Shown here: positions 1 to 8,602 of the stretch, piece by piece | Layout of the letters: the number at the start of each line of letters is the position of its first letter | Position numbering within the stretch: position 1 is the stretch's first letter | Assembly (NCBI GenBank): GCA_049472355.1 | Contig: JBLIRP010000046.1 | Coordinates: forward strand, 1 to 31,126 | Source: a bacterium | GTDB lineage: Bacteria; SZUA-182; DTGQ01; JAFGSM01 | Direction of reading: 5' to 3' | Length of the DNA stretch: 31,126 nt | The notes under the pieces: model-generated | What the model was told of the DNA's origin: nothing | The model's input: the letters and a program-made list of their open reading frames with translations, nothing else | Databases searched by the model: none | Translations under genes and position numbers: made by a program

Positions 1-247
1 AGTAGTTGATCATGACCGGGGTCCTTCCGCTCATGAGTGCCCCGAGCACCGACAGGGCGCACCCCGACGAGGAGGGAATCATGATGCCGAGGAATCCTTC
101 CCCGTACCGTTCGAACTTGCGGGCGAGGATCAGTGAGGCGATGAGCGCCTTCGCGTAAGAAATCCGCCTGTTTGCGCTGCGATCGATAAAGGCGGTTTTC
201 CTGGCGTTACTTTTTGCCATTCTTATAAACCGGTGATGCAGGAGCAT
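1..247 (-). CDS. AMP-binding acyl-adenylate ligase (Aas-type acyl-ACP synthetase-like), N-terminal part, runs off the window
   Basis: Manual translation from ATG 247 (AAAGGG upstream): MLLHHRFIRMAKSNARKTAFIDRSANRRISYAKALIASLILARKFERYGEGFLGIMIPSSSGCALSVLGALMSGRTPVMINY. The G(I/V)M(I/L)P...GxxPVM(I/L)NY pattern is typical of Aas-like ligases. Not in the ORF track because it is truncated. Confidence 0.75.
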   Translation of the reverse strand, partial: MLLHHRFIRMAKSNARKTAFIDRSANRRISYAKALIASLILARKFERYGEGFLGIMIPSSSGCALSVLGALMSGRTPVMINY

Positions 248-340
248 GCGGTTCTCGCCCTTTCGTATGCATGACCTACCCCGCCCCAGGAGGCGAGATG
301 GCTGTTGCTTAAAAACCCCGAGAAGTTCAATCGGATTATA

Positions 341-407
341 GTGAAACACTCATGAGCCTTCGGCTCACAAAGAAGCATGAAAATCCTGGGGGATTTTCAG
401 AAGAAAC
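341..407 (+). repeat. Dispersed two-hairpin repeat unit, copy 1
   Basis: gtgaaacactcaTGAGCC-ttc-GGCTCAcaaagaagcaTGAAAATCC-tggg-GGATTTTCAgaagaaac. Near-identical to units at 13184-13246 and 24809-24939 (reverse strand). Confidence 0.9.
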
Positions 408-525
408 AAGCAGAATGTATCGTTTTGAAAAAGTATACCCAATCGTTCAACGGGGTGTCAATTGCCGGATTTAGCAGGCCTTCCCCAGTGATGCGACCCA
501 GTCCGACACGTCCGAGCCCGATCCC

Positions 526-563
526 TTGACACTTGAACGAAATGTGTACTACAATGTATACAT
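526..563 (+). promoter_or_regulatory. Sigma-70 promoter with an overlapping operator palindrome for the TA operon
   Basis: TTGACA (526-531), 18 nt spacer, TACAAT (550-555). Inverted repeat ATGTGTAC/GTATACAT (7/8 match) flanks the -10 box. The toxin ATG is 8 nt downstream of the -10. Confidence 0.7.
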
Positions 564-824
564 ATGCCTGTCTATGAGCGAACGATTCTAAAATCATTAG
601 AAAAAGGTAAGCTGCCGAAACCGACATTCATTCAATTTGATAATGCGTTTCGCTCATTGGAATTGACAAAGGATATGAGCCTCTTTGACATAACGAGACT
701 TCGGGGAAATGAATTGCGAAATTATTATCGTATCAGGAAGGGAAAGTATCGAGCGATTTTTTTTATCGAAAATGAAAAAATCAGCGTAATGAGAATTGAC
801 AAAAGGGAGGATGTGTATAAATGA
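564..824 (+). CDS. Type II toxin, RelE/ParE superfamily (RelE/StbE-like)
   Basis: 86 aa, basic. YRIRKGKYRAIF and C-terminal KREDVY match the RelE-family pattern. ATGA overlap with the next gene. Confidence 0.8.
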   Translation: MPVYERTILKSLEKGKLPKPTFIQFDNAFRSLELTKDMSLFDITRLRGNELRNYYRIRKGKYRAIFFIENEKISVMRIDKREDVYK

Positions 825-1042
825 GTGTAATTTCTGTTCGAGTAAATACTAATGAAGAAAAAATATTGAAACGCTTGTCCGAATATTTTAATGAAGATAC
901 ATCATCGCTCATCAAACATTCCATACAAAATTTGTATGAAGATGTCATTGACTCTCAAATAATTGACGATTTTGAGCGCAGGGAGAAACAACACAAAGTA
1001 GAATTTGTTCCTTCAGATGAAATATTGGATAAAATAAAATAA
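821..1042 (+). CDS. Type II antitoxin, ribbon-helix-helix (RelB/DUF6290-like)
   Basis: 73 aa. N-terminal beta-strand VISVRV followed by helices and an acidic C-terminal half (LYEDVID). Own RBS GGGAGG, translationally coupled to the toxin. Confidence 0.75.
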   Translation: MSVISVRVNTNEEKILKRLSEYFNEDTSSLIKHSIQNLYEDVIDSQIIDDFERREKQHKVEFVPSDEILDKIK

Positions 1043-1267
1043 GTGTACGGCCCAAAACCGTCCGAAAACAGCTTGATGGCCTTGGTGCAGTCACGCCTTC
1101 TCCCAAACGCTTTACCCCGCCTCGCCCTTGCAGTATCCACCCGTTATGTTCTACAATCGTGCCTGAATGTATATGCTGCATTCCGGTCACCGGGGTCATC
1201 TTCCGAATGCGGGAGCACGGGGGATCAGTGCATCTAAGGTCCTCTATGCAGTCTCCCAACTAGTTAT

Positions 1268-1402
1268 TGATGGCCTCGTAAAAAGTCGTCAAACCCGTCA
1301 CTCCGGCGAAGGCCGGAATCCAGAACTATCTAAAAAAACTGGATTCCGTGCCAAGCACGTAGTGACAGAATAGGGTAAAATCGATTTTTCACGCGTACAT
1401 CA
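1268..1402. repeat. MITE/REP-like palindromic element
   Basis: Imperfect terminal inverted repeats tgatggcctcgtaaaaagtcg / cgatttttcacgcgtacatca (16/21 match) enclose gtcactccggcgaaggccggaatccag...ctggattcc...gtgac nested hairpins. Confidence 0.7.
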
Positions 1403-1416
1403 TTTATTTAGTTAAT

Positions 1417-1483
1417 ATGAAAGTTTTCAAAGAATCACTTGTTTTTAAAAACTTTCATGCTTCGTTGTGATCACAAGATCATG
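1417..1483 (-). repeat. Divergent copy of the two-hairpin repeat
   Basis: Reverse strand reads caTGATC-ttgt-GATCAcaacgaagcATGAAAGTTTT...AAAACTTTCAT. It has the same linker (CACAAnGAAGCATGAAA) as 341-407, with different but still paired stems. Confidence 0.65.
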
Positions 1484-1850
1484 GCGGTTAAAAAGAGTTT
1501 AATTCCCTGGTAGATCGAAGGATCATGGGTGGTATCGAGACATGATGACGGAAAGGCTGGATATACCCATCAACCGGAGGGGCTTTCTCCGGTCTGGCCT
1601 TTCCCACCTTCGAGATACGGGTGGTGCCCCAGCCTCTGCACCCAAAAAATCCGGCGCTTCCCCCGTACGAGAGGGATCTTGCCGCCTATACCAACGCGAT
1701 TCATGACTTCATCCACAGCGGACCCGGTGAGCGTATTGCGTGCGTTTATCAGTTGATTATGGTGAACGATATGCCAGTAGTCCCTTCCGGGAACGATGTG
1801 CGCTCCACAGCATGGATCGCTGTGGTTTTGTGTGTGTGAGGCACTGACCG

Positions 1851-2279
1851 ATGACGCTCTCCGCAGGGGTGGTGATTGTCCGCAGGGAAAGGGGGGAGTG
1901 GCGGTATCTGTTTCTCAGGGCCTATCGAAACTGGGACTTTCCCAAGGGGATCGTGGAGCCCTCCGAAGGGCCCTTGCAGGCGGCGATCAGGGAGGTCCGG
2001 GAAGAGACCGGCATCACGGATCTGGACTTCAGGTGGGGCGAGGTGTTCAAGGAAACGGCGCCCTACGCCAATAACAAGGTCGCGCGATTCTATATCGCGG
2101 AAACGCACACATCACGGGTGACCTTCTCGATCAATCCCGAATTGGGCAGGCCCGAACACCACGAATACCGCTGGCTTTCCCATGATGAGATCCTCAGCCT
2201 ATCCCCCGAACGACTTGTGCCGATCATCGAGTGGGCCCATTCCCTCATTCGGGAGGATTCACCGGAACATCCCGCTTGA
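1851..2279 (+). CDS. NUDIX hydrolase, probably asymmetric Ap4A hydrolase-like
   Basis: Nudix box GIVEPSEGPLQAAIREVREETG, plus SAGVVI, WDFPKG and EHHEYRWL motifs. Confidence 0.85.
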   Translation: MTLSAGVVIVRRERGEWRYLFLRAYRNWDFPKGIVEPSEGPLQAAIREVREETGITDLDFRWGEVFKETAPYANNKVARFYIAETHTSRVTFSINPELGRPEHHEYRWLSHDEILSLSPERLVPIIEWAHSLIREDSPEHPA

Positions 2280-3129
2280 GCTCGGTCTCCACCATGAATG
2301 AGAGGGCGTCGAGGGAGCGGTCCTTGACCCGACGGCCGTTTATGAAAAGGGTGGGCACGCCCCGGACCTTGAGCCGGGCCCCCAGGGAGATGTCCTCGCT
2401 GACGATCTTTTTCACCGAAGAATCATCAATCGCCTCCTGAAATGCCTTCATGTCAACCCCCGACTCCTCCACGTACTGCTTGATGGTGGTCTCGTTCAGG
2501 TTGCGGAAGTTGTCGAAAAGGGCCTTGGTGACCGCCTGGTATTTATCCTGCATCGAGGCGGCGAGGGCGGCAAGGGACGCCTCCTCCGCATGGGGATGCA
2601 TCCTGAGGGGGAAGTGCTTGATGACGAGATTCACCTGCTCCGGATATTTTGCGAGCAACTGCTCGATGGTCGGGTACACCTTGGCGCAATAAGGGCATTG
2701 ATAGTCAAAAAACGCCACCACGCTCACCGGGGCGTCCTTTTTCCCGATGACCGGGGATGCCCCGGCATCGATATCGAATACATTCTCCACCCGGATCAGC
2801 GACAGACGCTTCGCGTCATTATCCGTGAGAAAGAGGGTCTCCCCATCCTCGGACAGGGCGATATGGGAAAACTGCCCAGTCATGGGAATGGTATCGGTGA
2901 TCTTATTCTCACCGATTGCATACACAAGGACGCTCTTGCCGCAGAGGATATAGGCGGTGGAGCCGTCCCTGGAAAGGGCGATATCATAGGGGGTGTCAGT
3001 GAGATTGACCTGCCTCAGCAGCTCCCATTCAACTCGTGCGAAGGCGCGCCGGGGAACGTTCAAGAATGCGCACAGAACACATGCCACGACTGCGATGCAT
3101 GCACCAAACCTGGTGTGGAAATGGTTCAT
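2245..3129 (-). CDS. Exported DsbA/thioredoxin-fold oxidoreductase with an N-terminal beta-repeat domain
   Basis: Start moved to ATG 3129 (RBS AAAGGAG). Signal peptide ending AFA; DYQCPYC active site, HFPL and GVPTLFING cis-Pro motif; YVTN-like beta segment at the N-terminus. The 3' end overlaps the NUDIX gene by 35 nt. Confidence 0.85.
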   Translation of the reverse strand: MNHFHTRFGACIAVVACVLCAFLNVPRRAFARVEWELLRQVNLTDTPYDIALSRDGSTAYILCGKSVLVYAIGENKITDTIPMTGQFSHIALSEDGETLFLTDNDAKRLSLIRVENVFDIDAGASPVIGKKDAPVSVVAFFDYQCPYCAKVYPTIEQLLAKYPEQVNLVIKHFPLRMHPHAEEASLAALAASMQDKYQAVTKALFDNFRNLNETTIKQYVEESGVDMKAFQEAIDDSSVKKIVSEDISLGARLKVRGVPTLFINGRRVKDRSLDALSFMVETELKRDVPVNPPE

Positions 3130-3418
3130 GGTCGTTGCTCCTTTCTCGCTTGCTCGTTTCAATGAATGCCTATGTAGTATACGGTAATCCATTCCGGAAA
3201 ACAACACAGGGGCTTTCCCTGTCGAGGGCCTTTCCAGAGGATGATGTCCCTTGAAGTTCCATGATTTGACTTTGCTCCCATGAGGTGATAAACAATTAAG
3301 ACAACGTTCAAAAACCATGATCATGCTCTTTGAGGCATCGATTTAGAGAGGGATACTATCAATCGAGTCACCGGTTTTTGGAACATGCTGGTGACTTTTT
3401 TATTTTGGAGGAAACACC

Positions 3419-4480
3419 ATGAAAAGGATGCTGTTGTATATTGTCACCTTATGTGCCTGCGGCGCGATGATTATGTGCTGCCAGAGAGGGGAGAAAACCG
3501 GCATGACACCTGAAGACACGGCGCGACCACGCCCCCTATCCGATACCGAGAACACGGATCCCAATGACGTCATTGCTCGTGTAAATAGCAGCGTTATCAC
3601 GCGCCTCAATGTAGACGAGGAACAGGGCAAGCTCCTTCAGCAACTGCAGGGCAGGGTTCCTCCCGAGCAGTTGGATCAGATCGGGCCGCAGGTGTGGAAC
3701 CAGGCCCTTGAAAATATTATAAATTTCAAGCTCCTGATCGAGGAGGCGAAAAGGGAAAACGTCGCCGCCGATGCACAGGAGGTGGCGGCGCACCTCGGCC
3801 AGATTTCCGGCCGATTCGCCACCCCTGAAAAATTCCAGGAGCAACTGGCGGCCATGGGGCTCTCGGAGGAAACACTCCGTTCACAGATAGAAGAGAGCCT
3901 GCGCATCAATGCCCTCCTTGAGCAACACACGGAGTCAGCCTCGGTTATTGATGACCAGGCCATCCAGGAATTCTACAGGGACAATTCCGAGAGCTTTCAG
4001 ACACCCGAGCGAATCAAGGCAAGCCACATCCTTATTACGGTCGATCCGAATGACGGGCCCGAGGCCAGGGACCAAAAACGTCAGCAGATTGCCAACCTGG
4101 CGGAGAAATTGAAGAAGGGTGCGGATTTCGCTCAACTGGCCCGCGAGCACTCCGATTGCCCGAGCAAATCACGGGGAGGAGACCTGGGATTCTTCGAGCG
4201 GGGAAGAATGGTCAAGCCCTTCGAGGATGCCGCCTTTCAATTAAAGGTGGGCGAGGTGAGCGGGATCGTTGAGACCGATTTCGGATACCATCTGATAAAG
4301 CTTACCAAACGTGAGGAGAGCAACCAGCAGCCCTTGAAAGAGGTCCGAGGGAAGATTGAGACCCTTTTAAAACAGCAAAAGAGGAATCAGGCGATCAGCG
4401 ATTACCTGACGACGCTCCGCGATAAGGCGAATATCTTTTATGCCGAGGGGTTTCAACCGGAACAACAGCAGATGCAATAA
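3419..4480 (+). CDS. Parvulin (PpiC-type) peptidyl-prolyl isomerase, PrsA/SurA-like, probable lipoprotein
   Basis: ASHILI, FAQLAREHSDCPSKSRGGDLGFF, MVKPFEDAAF and ETDFGYHLIK motifs; SurA-N-like helical region; RBS GGAGG. Confidence 0.9.
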   Translation: MKRMLLYIVTLCACGAMIMCCQRGEKTGMTPEDTARPRPLSDTENTDPNDVIARVNSSVITRLNVDEEQGKLLQQLQGRVPPEQLDQIGPQVWNQALENIINFKLLIEEAKRENVAADAQEVAAHLGQISGRFATPEKFQEQLAAMGLSEETLRSQIEESLRINALLEQHTESASVIDDQAIQEFYRDNSESFQTPERIKASHILITVDPNDGPEARDQKRQQIANLAEKLKKGADFAQLAREHSDCPSKSRGGDLGFFERGRMVKPFEDAAFQLKVGEVSGIVETDFGYHLIKLTKREESNQQPLKEVRGKIETLLKQQKRNQAISDYLTTLRDKANIFYAEGFQPEQQQMQ

Positions 4481-4575
4481 GAGCTGTCCTGTCGCTTTGC
4501 CGCTTCCCACGAATGTGTTTCGTGCGAAGGGGCCTGTCCGGGGGGTATAAGGGGGCTTGCCCGGTATCGTTGATA

Positions 4576-5208
4576 TCATCGATACCGGAGCGTATAGGGA
4601 ATGCCTCCGATCATGAACTGCAGATCCGCATAGAGGTCCTTCTTCAGCGCGATTTGACGTATCTTGCACACCATCCGGTACTTCAATTGATGGACCGCAT
4701 TGATCTTCATATTCATGATGTCCGCAACCTCGGAAAAATTGAACCCCTCTTCATAGATCAACCTGAAGAGCAGGTTGTATCGCGCCGGAAGACTCTCCCT
4801 CAGGATGAGTATCATTTCCCTGAGGTCCCTGCGATCCATCTTTGCGGAGATCCCCGAGGCCAAATCGAGATGCTGGATCCTTTCGATCTCGATGAAGGTC
4901 TTTTTCTCCCTCAGATAATCAACGGCAATGTGGAAGATGATCACCCTCAGATAGGCAAGGAACGAGCGCTCATTGCATCCACGGAATTCCCTTATTTTTT
5001 TACAGTTTTCACTCAGAAGCGCCAGAAATACATTGTTAAAAATGTCGTCCAGATCGTCCTCGTTATACGTATAGAGATATCGCTTCATGGTCTTGGTGAT
5101 ATAGTGGTAAATGATGCGGCCGTAATGCTCGATAAAGACCTCCCATGCGTCTTTATCCCTTTCTCCACACCTTTGCAGCAGCGCGCAAAAATCCTTTTCC
5201 GTGCCCAT
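4576..5208 (-). CDS. ECF-type sigma-70 family sigma factor
   Basis: Region 2 (AWEVFIEHY...DDLDDIFNNVFLAL...FLAYLRVI...AVDYLR) and region 4 (EEGFNFSEVADIMNMKINAV). Confidence 0.85.
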   Translation of the reverse strand: MGTEKDFCALLQRCGERDKDAWEVFIEHYGRIIYHYITKTMKRYLYTYNEDDLDDIFNNVFLALLSENCKKIREFRGCNERSFLAYLRVIIFHIAVDYLREKKTFIEIERIQHLDLASGISAKMDRRDLREMILILRESLPARYNLLFRLIYEEGFNFSEVADIMNMKINAVHQLKYRMVCKIRQIALKKDLYADLQFMIGGIPYTLRYR

Positions 5209-5398
5209 AGTTCACCTGTACCTTTATCCTTTCTTCTGTTACGCCGTAACTCAACATCACCTTTTCCTATCCTGCGTGTATAAAAATGCCTTCCAAAAAA
5301 CAGAGGGAACGAAGGGCTCTATAAAAGAACAATAGAGTAAGGCACTTGTGGGGAACAGAGGGAAGAGAGCAATCCCCACCTTAGAAATTTTTTAGAAA

Positions 5399-5414
5399 AG
5401 CATTTACTGTGCCA
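5399..5414 (-). promoter_or_regulatory. Putative sigma-54 (-24/-12) promoter upstream of the ECF sigma gene
   Basis: Minus strand TGGCAC-AGTAA-ATGCT, one mismatch to TGGCAC-N5-TTGCW, about 190 nt before the ATG. Confidence 0.55.
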
Positions 5415-5746
5415 CGTTATGCTGATCAGCGGGGATGCTGCATCAAGACGGCATATCCTGAACAGTATTCATGGGACGGTATCCGGTCACGGGAAGTCGA
5501 AACGGCGCACTCAGGCAGTTGATCGCATGATACGGCGGGCATTGGTTCTGCGGCAGGATTTCTCGTGGCTCATGTGCAGCGGCCGTTCCCTACCCGGGTA
5601 CGGCCGTTGCATCATACAAGAAAACGGGAAAGGGGATGCGCCTGTTCCACAAAATAGTGCATCAAGGTGCAAGCCGAGGCAACACCATCCGGCAGGAAAC
5701 TGCCTCCCCGCATCATGGGAAACACATGAGACATAATCGTCTATGG

Positions 5747-7492
5747 TCAGTTCTTGTACGTATCACGAATCAGTTCGTTCATGTAATTCTCGGGATTCTC
5801 GATCCCCTCGGCCGGGATGGTATACTTCCGCCTTCCCGTCTTTTCCTTTATGAGTTTCAGACCATGCTCATAGTTTTGAAATGATCTCTGCAGGAAGGTC
5901 CCGGAATCGGTCCCCTCTCTCCACACCTTTTCGACCAGCCGATCGATGGCCTCTTCGGTGAACGAGATCTTTATGTCATTGCGGCTTGAAAACATCTGGG
6001 CAAATTCCAGGATCTCATTGTGGATGGCCAGAACCTCCTCGATCACGGTGTCGAGATCCACCCGTTCCTCAACGGTCCGGGTGGTGATGAGCTTGATGCG
6101 CCGGTCGGAGAAAAAGAGCCCGTAACGCTCCTGGAGTTCGGTCTCCCTCTTTAAAATGGATCGATCGAGATTCCTCTCCTCGTCCACCATCAGGCGTTTG
6201 AAGATAGCCTCCCTCTCAGGGGTGTCCGGATGATCGAGGAGTCCCCTCAGTTCACGCTCCGGGTTATCCACCATTGCGGGAGTGACTGCGAGATAACGAA
6301 TATCCGTCGAGGGGAGGATATGCTCGAACTTCAACAATACCCGTTCAACGGCACTATTGAGACCGCGCGCACCGGTTCGTTCCATATGAGCGTTCTCGGC
6401 AATCTTATGGAGCGCCTCATCTTCGAACTGCAGGTCGATGCCGTACGCCTTAAAGTCCCGCTTCTTGCCGATAATGATCGGGCTCTTCGGATTCCGCAGG
6501 ATGTTATACAGGTCCTCGACCTCCAGGTGTTCGAACACGGTGACGACCGGCAATCTTCCCACAAACTCCGATTCGAAGCCGAATTCGATCAGGTCTTCCG
6601 CCTTTACCTGTTTGAGGTATCCGATGCGGTCGTCCTTACCCTTTATCTCAGCCCCGAACCCGATGCCTTGCGTATTGAGCCTCTTCTTGATGATCTCTTC
6701 AAGACCGTTGAACGACCCGCTCATGATGAAGAGGATATTTTTGGTGTTGATTCGCTTCTTCTCCCGTTTTCCGGTCCTCTGGAATTCCATGATGGCCTCC
6801 ATTTGAGAGATCGGATCATGCGGGACCTTCATCTCCACGTCGGTTTCCTCCATGGGCTTGAGAAGCGCCCTTTGAACACCCGAGCGGGACACATCCGGTC
6901 CGACGATGCTTTGAGAAGAGGCGATCTTGTCCACCTCGTCAAGGTAGATGATGCCATACTGGGCAAGGTCAATGTTTCCGTTCGACTCATACACAAGATC
7001 GCGGACCAGATCCTCCACATCACCGCCGACATAGCCTGTCTCGCTGAATTTCGTGGCATCCCCCTTGACGAAAGGCACGCCGATCTTGCGCGCAATAAGC
7101 TTGACCAGGTAGGTCTTTCCGACCCCGGTGGGGCCGATCATGATGATGTTGTTCTTTACTTCGCCCTGATTCTCGTGGCGGCAATTCCTGCGGTTCAATT
7201 CGAACTTCCTGATGCGGTTGAAATGGGTGCACACCTTGGTGGCCAGGACCTCCTTGGCATCCTCCTGTTTCACCATGTACTCGTCCAGATATGACTTCAA
7301 CTCCTCCGGCTTCATATCAAAACTGATGGAGGCGGGCTCGCTTCGCTGCTCTTTTCCCTCCGTCTCGCCTTTATTCGCGGATTGCTCGGGAAAAGGGCTG
7401 AATCCCGCAAACTGAACCCTCTTGCCATACTTTTTAGAAAGGTAGTCGTTGATATCCTTTTGAATCTCTTTTATGTCAATGTCTTTTTCCAT
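5747..7492 (-). CDS. ClpX-like AAA+ ATPase lacking the N-terminal zinc domain, with a C-terminal extension
   Basis: GPTGVGKT Walker A, GYVG pore loop, IIYLDEVDKI Walker B, DVSRSGVQRALLK, GIGF loop, GRLP and GARGL motifs. Confidence 0.85.
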   Translation of the reverse strand: MEKDIDIKEIQKDINDYLSKKYGKRVQFAGFSPFPEQSANKGETEGKEQRSEPASISFDMKPEELKSYLDEYMVKQEDAKEVLATKVCTHFNRIRKFELNRRNCRHENQGEVKNNIIMIGPTGVGKTYLVKLIARKIGVPFVKGDATKFSETGYVGGDVEDLVRDLVYESNGNIDLAQYGIIYLDEVDKIASSQSIVGPDVSRSGVQRALLKPMEETDVEMKVPHDPISQMEAIMEFQRTGKREKKRINTKNILFIMSGSFNGLEEIIKKRLNTQGIGFGAEIKGKDDRIGYLKQVKAEDLIEFGFESEFVGRLPVVTVFEHLEVEDLYNILRNPKSPIIIGKKRDFKAYGIDLQFEDEALHKIAENAHMERTGARGLNSAVERVLLKFEHILPSTDIRYLAVTPAMVDNPERELRGLLDHPDTPEREAIFKRLMVDEERNLDRSILKRETELQERYGLFFSDRRIKLITTRTVEERVDLDTVIEEVLAIHNEILEFAQMFSSRNDIKISFTEEAIDRLVEKVWREGTDSGTFLQRSFQNYEHGLKLIKEKTGRRKYTIPAEGIENPENYMNELIRDTYKN

Positions 7493-8101
7493 GATTTTTC
7501 AGCATCCCTCCAATGCATCCAAGATACCTATACTATAATACGCATGTGCCGTTATACAAAATTATGAGCAATTATGAGCCTTGCCCCCTCTCGATGCCGC
7601 GCGATCATAACGAAGATTCCACAACCGGTCAACCTCGGGAGGGGTGCCTTCCCATGCGCCCTGGTATGGGAAGCGGTGCGGGTGATCGACGAGCGGGCAC
7701 GATAACCGGATACAACTACTCTGAATATTAGACGGAAAAACATCGTAAAATTTTATACAGGAATGAATTTTGCCCGCATTCCCGGTCTGCTGTTTCCCAT
7801 CCATATAGTTATTGTATCGTCAAAAATCCCTGAATGAAAGGGCATCGGAATCATGAACAATCGCGCGGATGAAGGGCCGGCCCTTTTGAATATGTCCATC
7901 CCGCTCCGCGTTCAACGGATAATCATAGGGTGATTCCTCACGTGGTTATCCAATGAGGGAAAAACCGCTCAATCCGGGCATACCTTTTTCATGCTCGGCA
8001 ACGTCTTTATGCCGGGGATGCCGACTGTTCCAGTCAGGGTATGGGAACCGGATACCAAGGATAAAACGGGGGGGGAGATGCACGGGATATGTAACCAAGG
8101 C

Positions 8102-8524
8102 ATGGTACCGGTTGCCGGAACGGTCTATACCGTCGGCACGAGCAACAGAGGGCGTGATGAATTCATAGAACTTTTGACGGCCAACGGGATCACCATCGTC
8201 ATCGATGTGCGGCGATTTCCAACCAGCACCTTCCGCTGGTTCAGGAAGGAAAATCTCGGCAGGATGCTCGCTGCGCATATGATCGGGTATGTGTTCCTGG
8301 GAAAAGAACTGGGCGGATACCGCAGGGGGGGATACGAATCCTATGTCTCGACCGATGGCTTTCGAAAAGGGATTGAAAAAATTGAGGACTTCGCCCTATT
8401 TGACCGGATAGCCATCATGTGCGCCGAGCGATTCCCCTGGAAGTGTCATAGATGGCACATTGGAAAGGAACTGACCAGGCGGGGCTGGAAGGTTGAACAT
8501 ATCATAGAGAGGGAACGGGTGTAA
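8102..8524 (+). CDS. DUF488 family protein
   Basis: YTVGTSNR, IDVRRFPTS, LGGYR and MCAERFPWKCHR motifs. Start uncertain (the ORF opens at 7991). Confidence 0.8.
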   Translation: MVPVAGTVYTVGTSNRGRDEFIELLTANGITIVIDVRRFPTSTFRWFRKENLGRMLAAHMIGYVFLGKELGGYRRGGYESYVSTDGFRKGIEKIEDFALFDRIAIMCAERFPWKCHRWHIGKELTRRGWKVEHIIERERV

Positions 8525-8602
8525 AAACCACGGTCATACGAACACGCGGGCGGGTAGATTGAAGAAGGCGTGGTGGCCGGTAAAAAAGGCCGTAGAGAGT
8601 AA

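Noticed and set aside
445..1150. Integron attC-like ends (GTTCAAC at 445, GTTATGT at 1143) around the TA
   Set aside because: L-box pairing is poor, the arms are about 700 nt apart, and there is no integrase or cassette array.
2680..2710. Selenocysteine in the DsbA CxxC motif
   Set aside because: Both residues are ordinary Cys codons and there is no in-frame TGA.
6230..7294. 354-aa plus-strand ORF
   Set aside because: Antisense shadow of the ClpX-like gene with no motifs.
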